From the NCBI RefSeq assembly GCF_964204645.1, contig NC_134027.1, positions 15,036,485-15,100,484 of the forward strand: a DNA stretch of 64,000 nt. Direction: 5' to 3'. Of this stretch, positions 14,172 to 26,339 are shown piece after piece. The position numbers and the translations under genes were made by a program. Origin of the DNA: Tubulanus polymorphus (taxonomy: Eukaryota; Animalia; Nemertea). The notes beneath the pieces are model-generated. The model was not told where the DNA came from and made no database searches. It was given only the letters and a program-made list of their open reading frames with translations. Position 1 is the first letter of the stretch. Each line of letters begins with the position of its first letter.

Positions 14172-15706
14172 AAAAGAGGACGTTCGTTTGTGAAACGCAT
14201 GTAGACCCAGACACCTCCCACATTGATTGGAAAATTTGAATACCGGCTATTCAAGTGTCATCCTACTGCGTAATTCAAAAATTATTCTTTGGGATTCAAA
14301 AATCGAGGAATCAACCATAAATTGTGCCATAAGTTTTACATTTATTCAAAAATTGAGTAGGAGGCCGGTGAAGGTTTTAACGTTTTAAGTTAGTTCTCAT
14401 GAGACTGAATGCAAGTGGATTTAGGGGTTGGACTAGTTCTACCCTTCAGAATTTGAATGTGCCCGCCAAAAAGTATTTGAATAGATTTTCTAAGCAAAAA
14501 TAAATCCAAATGGCATAAAATACCCCTTTTGGTCCTATATATTCGGAGGGCCAAAGGAACCCCACCAATGTTTGCCTTGCACTTAGATAACCATAAAATA
14601 AAAGTAGTCAGAAAGTATTAATGGCAAGAAAACTTGAGTAAAATATTTATTAAACACATTTTATAGGCCTAACAGGATATGATCTGCAGTCAAATGTGTG
14701 TCTGCCAGATGATGTTTCTTCTAGGCTGTTTATATCCTAAAAATTAAAAAAAACAAAAACAACGACAATAGATATTTCACTACATGTCCCCTGGACAAGA
14801 ATTATTTCAGAGAGAGTCTATAAAACGTGAATACTTGATTGTACAATCTAATGGCATAGCAGTTGGCTCGTTGAAAAATCATTGGACAAAAAATCTAATT
14901 TGTTGCCAGGTTTGTTTACACATGTGCGTGATGCACGTGGTTATATTATTGTTTACATCTGACGTCATCGGCAGATCGCTAGCCCCGCCCCACGTGTCAA
15001 TCAAATGGCTTATAGGCAAAATGTTAAAAGAACCCTACTAAAAAAACTATGCAGTGTAACAATCCAGGATTTTCGGTACAGAATCCGACGCCAAATACCT
15101 TTCTCTTAAAGGTTTTTTGGTGTATATCGGATAAATAATAATTATGATATTCACTTCATAAAATTTGAAGTGGATTGCTTCTGATTCATGGCGGCTGTAT
15201 TTAGTCACGTAGTAGGTCAAACTGACAGCTTGTGTGTGCGTGTCGAGCGGACCATTGCGTAATTTTCAATGCTGCGAACGTCTCTAGATTCTCACAGGGC
15301 CTCTGTGCGCTCACAAGGAATTAACTTAAGTCACCATATATGTTGACACTCACCTTTAAAGAGACTTCGTACGGTCATCTAAAGTTAACATCCACGATAC
15401 AACGATTTTAAAAATGGCACTTCTGTCGATCACTATACCCTCTACGTCATAAGCAACACGTGATGTGTGATGTCACATAAACGGCGTGAAGAGCATTTTT
15501 TCAAGAGGGCACAGCAAAAACTAACCAACTATTTTTAACCAAATTCAATCCCAACTTGAAGACGCCATTTCTGATGCGGAATTTGAGGAAATCTCTAACT
15601 AACTGGCTTTAAAACGACCTTAAACGTCTGTCAACCAAATCGGAAGTGCGTCATCAACCGGCAAACCGATCACATATGGACGTTCGTCTAACGAACGTCC
15701 TAAAAA
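14172..15706 (+). mobile_element. Helentron/HINE-like non-autonomous element
   Basis: 5' subterminal AGGACGTTCGTT (14177) is the inverse of the 3' AACGAACGTCCT. That 3' motif is part of the hairpin GGACGTTCGT-CTA-ACGAACGTCC (15678-15700), followed by TAAAAA. Confidence 0.55.
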
Positions 15707-15878
15707 CATAACACCGTAATTTCACTTTAATTTACGTAACCATTCTGGGAAATACAGAATGGTTAGCAGGTCTCCCAGTGCCATCAATAACGAATGACAT
15801 TGTAATACTTATGCAGGGCTCTAAATTGACCTCTAGATAGGCCCCTGGATGTGTAGTCAGCAAACCTAATCAGCCTAC

Positions 15879-15959
15879 CTGATCAAACTCTATGAATTGA
15901 GTTGGATATCCTGGCAATAATACAGCTACTTTACATATATTTTCTGGAATATGAGGCAT
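15879..15959 (-). CDS. ELMO: ELMO/CED-12 first recognisable coding exon
   Basis: Translates MPHIPENICKVAVLLPGYPTQFIEFDQ followed by donor gtaggc, resembling ELMO [26 protein letters not shown]. An acceptor (ttgtag) lies 36 nt upstream of the ATG. Splices in frame to the exons at 4290 and 509. Confidence 0.85.
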
Positions 15960-18468
15960 CACTGTTGTTGTTTCGGCTTCAAAACCATATAAAACCTACA
16001 ATAAGGAAATTACATACATAGACAAGAATATGAGAAAGTTGCAACTGCCTGGTACTGATCCAAGCTAGGCTAATTGTTTCAGAACTTAGTAGTGGATAAA
16101 TAAACATACCAACACAAGGTATTTCTGTGATATCTAAAATTCTAAAATTCATTTGCAGTTCATAAACATCCACTAACCCAAGAAGGCTATTAGCTTTGAT
16201 TTCATGTCTGGATTATCAAAATCGGATGAGAAATAACAAAACAGCAAGCGACTGAAGTTGAGTAGTTTTGTGAGGGTTGTTAGCCCCCTTGTTATTTTAT
16301 TATATTAACAGCCTATCGTCTTAACACTACCTTCAACTCTGATACTAATCAGTAACCTGTTTCACGAAAAAGGAAATACTAATCAATCTAATGGAATTTC
16401 ACCATTCCACCAACTTCCCATCACATTGAGATACTTAGCAATGGGGGCATTTATGGATGAAATTGGGGACACATTTGGGATTTGGGTAATTTAAGGAAAA
16501 CATATTAAATTTTTACACTTTATCAATTTAGTCCGTATTAAAAAACCTGAATGTGGCAATAAATTCAATTCCAACCAAATCAATAGATTCTCCGGTTCCC
16601 AATTTAAATCATCAATAATTTCCCACAGGCAAAGTGGTTTACCTTTCCACTATCTGGAAGAACGTACAATTATACATGTATTTGATTATCACTTGTGTGC
16701 TGTTGGTTTTGGTTTAAATATGTCCAGAAAACTATAAGGGCTCTGTGGGAAGCATGACACAAAATTTGATATGGGCTGTGTGCTTCTTGAATGCAGATAG
16801 GCATAGATGATGAGCACAAATACTCATCAGAAAGTGACAAACCATAATTTATTGATTTTTGGAATTTGCCATATAATATTTTTTAGAACAAATAAACGTT
16901 GAATATCTCATCATACGGGAGACCCTTACAATTTTGAGGTCTCTGAAAAATTTCTAACTCACACATTCCGAACTGAATATTTTCTGAAAATAGATAAAAT
17001 TTAGGTTAAAAAACAGAAAATATCAAAATTTAATTGGCAATTAGGCCTAATTGTTTTTTAACGATAAATTTCCCATTCTAGACGTATCGGCCCCACTCTG
17101 CGCGGTTGCGCCACCGCGCGGTATTTACGCGAAGCAGCAGAACACAAACATGGCCACTCTCTCAATTTTCAATGATAGAAATCGTGTGTGCATTTCAATT
17201 ATTTCGGCTGTTAGGGTTTTAAGGCACAATATAAGTTGATGATATGGCGATGTTAATTAATGATAATTCCGCAGTGAAGCTAGTCACGAACGGTGCCGAT
17301 TGAGTGTACAGCTGCCAAAAACACTGAAATGTGCGTAGTTGCGTAACTATTTGCAGTGAATTGCAGACGAAACATAAAGATTTAAAAAAAAATTATACCA
17401 ATCACAATTGTAAAATAAAAAAATATACCAATTGTAAAATAAAAATGAGATAGAACCTAAGTTAAAATTCTGGCCATTTCTAAAATGTTATTAATTGTTA
17501 TTACTAACGTTTAGTTTTCCAACAATAATGAGGGGTGGTAGGTAGTCATGCAATTCAAGTCATCATTTATTACACGTTACTTCCGTGTTGTTGAAAATCA
17601 CGCGAGTCCTGGACCAAACCCCAATGAACAATGTGATCTGTGTGCTGGCCACAAATGCACACAGATCACACTACACTACCCATTACACACTCCAGTACCC
17701 ACAGCTTTCATATATCCATCCAAATATTTAGTGTCTTTCTTCCTGGATCTAAAACTAAAAACCTTTTGATGTGGAACTAAGTGGACACCTTCCACTCCTG
17801 TGCTTACCCAGATAGCGTAACGTATAGTACATAAATATACATTATTGTTATGGTTTTATGTCACGAAACAGCGATTTTACCAGACTTTGACTAGGCCTAA
17901 GTCATACAATATTTTAAGGTAAGGTAAATATCCATCGACGAAGTATCCAACGAAATTAAAAGGAGCACACTATAGTTGCCAAAGAAATAGTTCAAATGAT
18001 TATTCACGACAATAGGGCGTTCTTCAATTAAAAACTTCTTTCTTTGGAAGAGACACTGTATGAAATTCTATAGTACGCGCAAGGAGAGCGTTTTTCCTGT
18101 TAACACTATTTTGCCGGTTCACGTGAACACCTATTGATCTCTGCGGCTAAGCCAATCATAGAGCAGTCTTTGCTTTCTGATTGGCTTTTCAAAAGCAATA
18201 TTTTTGCGATCAGATTTTCGCGAAAAAGCTCATATAAATTCTAACGAGGCCCTCTTTCAACATTCAGCTACGTAGAGTTTGGAAAATGGATAATGCTTTA
18301 ATGAATGATTTGTACAAATACATGCTCAGTTGCACAGTCAAAGAGCCTTTGCTCTGGAAACCATGTCATTTAAATTCGCTCTATTTGTATAGTAATAGGC
18401 TCGGCCTACGGCTGACATAAAAAACGGACCCTAACCCTCACCCCAGTACATATGCGCGGCGTCAATTA

Positions 18469-19225
18469 TGCACCAGTCAATGAATGTCCCCGCCTTACGG
18501 GGGCCGGGAAACGAAAATTAGCTCAAATTAGCGCCCGCGCTAGGATCGCTCAATCGGGACGTTTTCCCCACTACTGGTAACGTTATTTTTAACGCTGCCG
18601 TAGCACTATGGATCGCCTACACACACGGGGATTCCTGCGCTATGGATCGTCGTGGTATACGGGTAATACTTTCACTAGATAAACTACAAAGCTTTAGCAA
18701 GTATTCGGCCTAGTTTTCTCCGTTAAAATTTATACAATTTTTCATAATCATGTAAAGATTTGTTCATTAACACTTTTCAGTACGAAAACACATTTTACTT
18801 TTGGTACAGTTAAAAAAATATCAAACAAGGAATACGTTGCAGAGATGTTGGATTTATTGACGGGCGTATGATTTTAAAGATTGGATATCAATATTTAAAA
18901 ACTATTTCAACCATTGGTCTACGATGTCTGTACATGTGTTCAGACTTTTAATAATGTTCACCACTTGCAAGGGTCATTCCATAATAATAGTTTATTATTG
19001 CCAGGCTAGCGCTGTGGATCGCTATGGATCGATGTTGCGGGTGAGGACGTCAGCGCCATTTGACGCTGTGGAACGGGTGCGTACGCAAGGACTAGTCGCT
19101 AAAGCTGCGCTGTTACCGGTATGTGATCCACTCTTTTTTTCGCTGGATCACCTCTGTTCCGGGGCTATGGATAGCAAATTTTCGTTTCCCGGCCCTGTCG
19201 GGCGGGACTTTCATTGACTGGTGCA
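18469..19225. mobile_element. PIF/Harbinger-type MITE
   Basis: TIR TGCACCAGTCAATGAA...CCGGGAAACGAAAATT, TTA TSD on both sides. Confidence 0.8.
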
Positions 19226-19896
19226 TTAGCCAACCAGGACGCGCCATTAGCAAAATAGCGTTAACAGGAATAATGCCTCATTGGCAAAATATCACCTGCC
19301 TATTTATTTACGTTTTTTTCTGCATATTACTGTTTTCACAGTGAATAAACCTTATAGGCCTAATGGCAACCATAGTCCTTATAAAATGAGTTCCAAAATA
19401 TCTTTAGAAATTGGTCTTCCATGTCGGATTCTGGCTATGTCGGACGAAAATATTGGGTACGAATTGATCCCACTTGGGCAGAGATTACTGTTAAGCCAAT
19501 CATTGGCAAAATAGCCTTTACGCAGTGGATATCTTACCGTATACAGCTGAGTATTTATTTCCGCTATTTTACCAGACATCGTCGGAGATTGGCTGATTTA
19601 CGCCGCGCATGCGCACAGAGGTGCGCGACTTAGAAAATTCAAGGAAAGTGTGGAGAGTTAGAGAAAATAGAGCGAATAGAGCGAGACTCGAACCGGGACC
19701 AGTAAATTACTAACGCAGCGTCATAGGCCTACCACTAACTATCTTTATCTATCTATAGTACCTCACCTTACTCTAATCCTATCCCTAGGGGTAAAACGGA
19801 ACCCTCTGGACATTCTTCTCCCCCTCTCGACACTAACCCTATCGAAACCCTAACCCTAAACCCAATACAATGATTTTATTAGTTAATAGGCCTACT

Positions 19897-20535
19897 GGTA
19901 AAAGTGCAGATCCGCACTTCTCGTGATTCACGCAATATACTGAATCACAAATCACTGTTCTAAATTCGGAATGTCTCACAGAATCCAATGCAGTGATTTA
20001 TTTTATGATATCTCTACTAGAAAGAAGATTTTTGGCGTGGATATTATCTCAGAATCGTGACGATCTTTCAATAGGACGCCATACTGGATTGGGAAATCTG
20101 AAGTGAAGATTTGTCATAAGTAATTACGATGATGTAGAAACGATGTGAGGGTAATCAGTGCATAAACTAATCAAATTTTTGTCAACTGTCACTGGGGTTA
20201 TTAAGGCTAACCAAATTGTCAGATATCATTGTTGAAATTGACAAGAAATTTATATTTTTCTTCCTCAAATTGAGTGGGTCATGTAACATTGTTTCAGCAA
20301 ATATTCTAAACAAATCTTCACTTTAGATTGGCCCAACCAATATGGCGTCTGGTTCAAAAATCGTGACGATCTCGAGACAAAATCCAGGCTAAAAATCTAC
20401 TTTCTAGTGAAGATACCATATAATAAACTCATTGTACTGAATTGCTGATGACATTTTGAGTCTGAATCAGTGATATTTAATGTAGGCCTAATTGATTGAA
20501 CCATTTACAAGAGGTGCGGATCTGCACTATTTCCC
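19897..20535. mobile_element. MITE (shorter relative at 26123-26339), nested inside a second inverted-repeat element (~19515-20620)
   Basis: TIR GGTAAAAGTGCAGATCCGCAC / GTGCGGATCTGCACTATTTCCC. The outer inverted pair is GTGGATATCTTACCGTATAC...TTCCGCTATTTT versus AAAATAGCGGAA...GTACGGTTAAATATCCAC. Confidence 0.65.
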
Positions 20536-23365
20536 TTCATACAATATATATAGTAATAATGCACGGTAAAATAGCGGAAGTAAATACTTTGCCGTGTACG
20601 GTTAAATATCCACTTCGTAGCATTTACTAAAATGATGCCGCATTGGCAAAACAATTGTCAATTGGCCTACGTTAGGTATCTTCATGTCCGTGCAGGGCGC
20701 CACTATCGATTGTGATGACCAGGAAAAGTGATGCGCGTTTTTACTAGCCTACTCGTTTTGAATTCACGTAGTAAAATCATACATAAAACCTGCCTATCAA
20801 TGCAAATGAGCTAAAATCTTTTGGAATCAACCAATAAGATAGATCTTTATCACTTGGGGGTTGGTTTAGTGTAGGCCCTAGAAATCCGCATTTTAGTCGA
20901 AGAAAATAGAAATCGAAAAATACCCTTTTTCAAGAGCAAACTTCGTCAGCTTAGGACCCGGAGTAAGCCACGAATCACCAGGAATCGGAAGGTTTAGGAT
21001 CTTAAAATTCAAATACTGAAGACCGCATGATTTTATTTCGTGTTGGGGCTGAGCGATGGCTGCCGGAAAAGTCAATGTCTAAGTTTTGCGTTGAAGCGAG
21101 CGACACAAAATGGGGGCCGGCACTTGTTATTGAATGACAACGCGCCGCGCTGCTCGTGATGAGATCAATATTTAGCCTAACAATTATTCATCGGTCTAGC
21201 GGTGAATTGTTGTATTTATTTTCCGATTCATAATTATTCATCAGTATATTTCTGAACATTAGGGCAGATTTAGCGAAATGATCGGTTTTTTACGCGTGCG
21301 GACCGCCACTACGCTCCCGTCAGTAAAGCTGCTGTTGAAAGAGGGAGGCGTCTAATGGGATGAATTGAGGCTTGTGATGGGCAAAAATAGAGGCGCGTGA
21401 TGGGACAGTGAGGCTCCCGAGGGGATTTTCCAAACGTAGCAAAATTAAAATTTATATAAAATATTGTTGAAAATTAGCCCAGAACGAAACAAATGGATTA
21501 TTATTTAGTTATTATTAGGCCTAGTAGTATCATTACTATTGCTTGGTTTATGTTTCTAAACTGATTGATTTTATTATGATATCATGAATATATTTCAAAT
21601 TTCAGCGTTTTGAGTTAATAGGGCCAAGCCTTATTTTCTGCTATTCTTAACTAAAATTCATTTAGCAAATAATATATATAATTGGTATATTAAAATCAAT
21701 TTTCCAATAGGAGCCTATAGACCTAACTGACAGGCCTTGACAATCATGTCTGATTCATTTCAAAAATTATGTAGTGAAAAAAATAATTTCACCAGAAATC
21801 ATATCAATATTTCTCAATATTTCACAATTTTTCTTGCCGTGACCATGGAAACCAAATAATAGACGGACGCCGGACGCGTCCCTTTGGTAAACGCATGTGG
21901 ATACTACGAAGTGTCTTCTTAACCGATTGTGACTAGCTGACAAAGTCAGAAAAAAATGACGTCACTTGACGTCCGGTTTGAATCTCATGGGGAAATCGGA
22001 AGTAGAATTATGTCACGCTAAAATCCGGCAGTGAAATAACTATAATCCGGCAACTTTTGGGTCGGGTGATTCCAGAATTTATTCATTTTGTGATATTTAG
22101 AACAAGATTGGGTTGTTGAATAGTTTAACAATGAACCGCGTCGATCGAATGAGTTGAAAATAGCTGAAATTCCTCTAGCAACGGGAGCAAATTCAAAATA
22201 ACAAACAACGCCTGCCGGTTCGGCGCCGCAGGTTCGAATCCCGGAGAGTAATGCTTGCGCTAGGAGCAGTCAATCCCAAGCCACGTCACTAAAGAAACGT
22301 TCATTTCATAAAAGTTTTATGACCCTAAAACTGCGGTTAGTCGTATGATTTACATCGAATTTCATGGCAGCGCTGCGGCCCGCGGATCAACACGTCTCCA
22401 AGCAGCAGCAGCAACATCGTGGTCGGCAAAAACATTAATCTCCGCCCCTTCTTTCACCAAATAAGGAATTCGGTACCGCTGGCCACGTGCACTGTTTATT
22501 TTGGGCCGTAGATTCTCGGTCCTCGATATTCCCGGAGGATCAGAAACAAATAAATATTTTTCGCAAGAGAAATCAATTTTTGTATTGACGTATGAATTTT
22601 CCTGCTGTATTTAATTTGATTTTTTCTGGCAGAAAAAAATTTTCCGATTGATGTTCAACGCGTTCCATTTTTCTTCACGGTACCGTAATTAAAAAATTCG
22701 TAGTAATCTTCTCGTCTTCCTATTTTCAAATGGAGCAAATTTCTAAATTAACAACCAGGTCAAAATTCTTCAATCTTGCAAAAATACCGTACCGGTATCA
22801 GTTTCACCATGAGTACATTATGGTTTTACAAAGTTTAAACCATAAAAAATTCTTCACACATTTTATATAGGCCTAAATCGAAATAGTAATCTTTTAGCAG
22901 ACAGTGGTAAACAGACCTAGGTTATATTCAATTATAGAAGAAATGTTTCAAGTTTTTTTCTTGCGGAAAATTTAATTTCATTTGATCTGTTTCCTCATAA
23001 TTTTCTTATCTTATGAGCCCAAATATCAGTAAGGGGCCGTGCATAAAGTACGTACGCTTGACTTCCGGGTATTTTTAACCCCCCCTCCCCCCTTGTACGC
23101 TCATTGTACGTTTTTTTATAACCCCCCCCCTTGCGTACATACTTTTAGGGGTAACCCCCCCCAGTAAAACAGAATTTTCAGGAATAATGGTTTAAAAAAG
23201 GCAAAATCCACCCTGATTCAACAGAGTTCCTGCTGACGTTGATCAACGATCTTCCATGGCGACGAAATGAAAGACTGAAAGTGGGGAATTCCCGAGATCC
23301 AAATATAATATATTGAATGCAACAAACCCAGGGAGACCGGTTTCGCAATAAAGGCAGTGTTTGCT

Positions 23366-24153
23366 CACAGGGGTTTGGCAATGGGCTTGGATTTTATTTC
23401 CGGGTTGTTGATAATCTCGCGAGAATGGCGCTAAATATGAACTGCGAATAAATTCAAAATATCACGGAAATACCTTGTGTTTATATTGTTTATTTATCCG
23501 CTATAAAGTTTCGATAAACAATTGGTCGTTAAGAATCATTATCAGACGGTCGCCACGCTACTATATAAAAGAACAAGGGATGAAACGCCAGGCCTCCGCT
23601 GTACTTAAATTTTCAGCCAGAAAGTTGGGACAGTCACGTGACATTCTGATGACGTCATCGCATTTAAAACTTCAACATGAAAAGTTAACATATTCACAGA
23701 CCGATATCAATTGTCAGATTATGATTCATATGAAATAAATAACTTATACAGAATAAATTATGATGAAATATACAATTCATAGTCAAAAAATGCATCTGAA
23801 TGTAAGTTATTCTCAAATATTTTTCGTATCATAGTTTCCGTCTTAGATGCTTCGGGTTTGCATTCAGTCAAATAAGAAGCGTTAAGTCACGTGACTGTCC
23901 CAACTTTCTGGCTGGCACGACTTGAACTGCGTTTCATCCCTTGTGATTTTATATAGTAAAGCGTGACGACCGTCTGATAATGATTCTTAACGACCAATTG
24001 TTTATCGAAACTTTATAGCGGATAAATAAACAATATAAACACAAGGTATTTCCATGATATTTTGAATTTATTCGCAGTTCATATTTAGCGCCATTCTCGC
24101 GAGATTATCAACAACCCGGAAATAAAATCCAAGCCCATCGCCAAACCCCTGTG
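23366..24153. mobile_element. Long-TIR MITE with P-element-like termini
   Basis: ~275-bp inverted arms starting CACAGGGG, exact 8-bp TSD TGTTTGCT (23358-23365 and 24154-24161). Confidence 0.8.
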
Positions 24154-24791
24154 TGTTTGCTCCCCCTTGGAAAGTATGTACGTTTTTAGCTGACCCCTCC
24201 CCTCCCCCTGTACGCTTTTGTGCGGATTTTAAGAACCTTAGAGTTACGGTTTTATCTTCTTTCCATCCACCCCTTAACTCTGTGGCATTAGTTTTCATAT
24301 TTCTAAGTTTTAACTAAAATTAAAACTAAATTGATTTAATTTCTTCATTAATTTAATGCTTTGGGCCCAAATCTACACTACGATTTCAATATGAAACAAA
24401 ATTGGAGTTATTTTCTTTCGACAACATTACATGTGTTCCTTACTAAAGTCACCGACAATATTTTGAGTGTTTTCATAACACCCGTACGTGAATGTGGTTG
24501 TTTTCGAATTGCTATATGATTTCTTGCTATGAAAAATTTAATCAAGCATTGACCATGGCGTCCGTCACTTAGATTTCATCTATTAGGCCTACATATTAAT
24601 AATCTATATAATAATAGATATTCCTAGATACACTTAGGGCAAACATAAAATAAAACATAAATATTCATAACTAGTTATTCTATCCCCTTTATACATCATA
24701 ACTTTTGATCTAACATTGATATTTTCATTATTTGGGTCTTCCTTATTACCGAGATGACGTATTTTACCGAGATGAACCGAGATGACATGAA

Positions 24792-24822
<31 letters not shown>

Positions 24823-26122
24823 CATATATATAGGCTAGTGTTGCCGTCTCAACGCCTGCAAAGTTTTTCCTAAACGCTTGCGCTTCATCAACTACCTTTT
24901 CTTTTATAGCCTATTACTAAAGACGTTTTACAAATTGATAGTGTTTCACAGTCGGATGGAATAATAGGATATATAACTTTCATATCACTAGTAGGCTAAG
25001 TGTCATATAAAATAAAAGTTTTAATTTTAGATTGAAAAACAAAGTTTGTTCAGTATTTTGTGAGGTCGCCGTGGTTGGAGCCAGCGTGCCATTATCTTTT
25101 TAAACGTATCAGTACCAAGACGGATTTTTCTCGGATTTATTGCAGAATAACCACTCAAAACACAGATACAAGATCAAAAACCCAACAACTGTATCCCAAG
25201 CCCCTCGGCGAGTGCCTGTGCTTAAATCACAGTTTTTGTGTGTTGAATTGAAACATGAAGACACTTTTCGCTCAAATTTTCAAACTTCAATTTGCGATAT
25301 CTCGAAAACTACTGAAGATAATTCAAAAATCTAAAAAGCATAGGTACCTATTGTTATTTGAGCCCTCCCCATTCCAACAAGCCTTCTTTCAGTATGATTG
25401 GAGCTATTTGAATTTTTTATGGATAGCTACCTACGTCGTCGCACCCACAGGCTACCTACTTTTGGCTTCACCCAGCACTGGCAGTGGTTGTCTCCACCAG
25501 TGATCTCCATCGCTTTTACGATCCTAGTGTAACCAACCACCTAGACGCATGCATTCAAATTCGCTGTACAGTTGCCGACCAGAATTTGGTCGGCTTTTTT
25601 GTCTGTGTTCAAACTGCGATATCTCAGCAAATAAACAACCGATTTTGATAAATAAACTATCTACACTAACCTTATGATGTCTTACGTTAGTTCATTAGGC
25701 CTATATCATTTTGACGATAAATCTGATTTTAGTACGATTAAATTTAAGATACAAAAATGATGCGCTGTTTAGGGATAAGACACGCATCGCTCAAGTGTCT
25801 TGTTGCTAACGAACTACAGTGTTACAATGCCTAGTTTCAAAGTGAAAAAATGGTGTCATTTTTGCTATTTCTGTATTTATATCGCATCAAGCACGGACTA
25901 TGATGAAGGAACCTCCGAATGAATATAATAATAAGAAAACTGAATGTTTGAGGTTTGTAAAGAGAGTTTATTTTTCACAATCGGTTTGGTGAAACTGGAT
26001 TTCTGGTGGTTTAAAGTCACAGTGATTTAAGAGTATTGAGAAAATGTTGTTCGCATCTTAGTGTCTGTGTACATCAGACACTAAGATTCTTGGTGAACTT
26101 TTGGACTGCTATGAACTTTATA

Positions 26123-26339
26123 GGGTAAAAGTGCAGATCTGCACCTCTCCGCGTAAACGGTTCAATCAATTACATGAAATATCATTGTTTCAGATTCAAA
26201 ATGTCATCAGCAATTCAGTACATCGCCATTGGCTAATTTTAACATATCTTCACTAAAGAGAGTAGAAAGATTTTAGCCTGGATTCTGTCATTCAGCAGAT
26301 TGCGTCAATCACGAGAGGTGCGGATCTGCACTTTTACCC
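26123..26339. mobile_element. Short MITE of the 19897 family
   Basis: GGGTAAAAGTGCAGATCTGCACCTCT...AGAGGTGCGGATCTGCACTTTTACCC, flanked by TTTATA on both sides. Confidence 0.75.

Noticed and set aside
19680-19742. tRNA gene (minus-strand A/B-box-like motifs; similar GGTTCGA boxes at ~22230 and ~53990)
   Set aside because: No convincing cloverleaf; at most decayed SINE-like heads.
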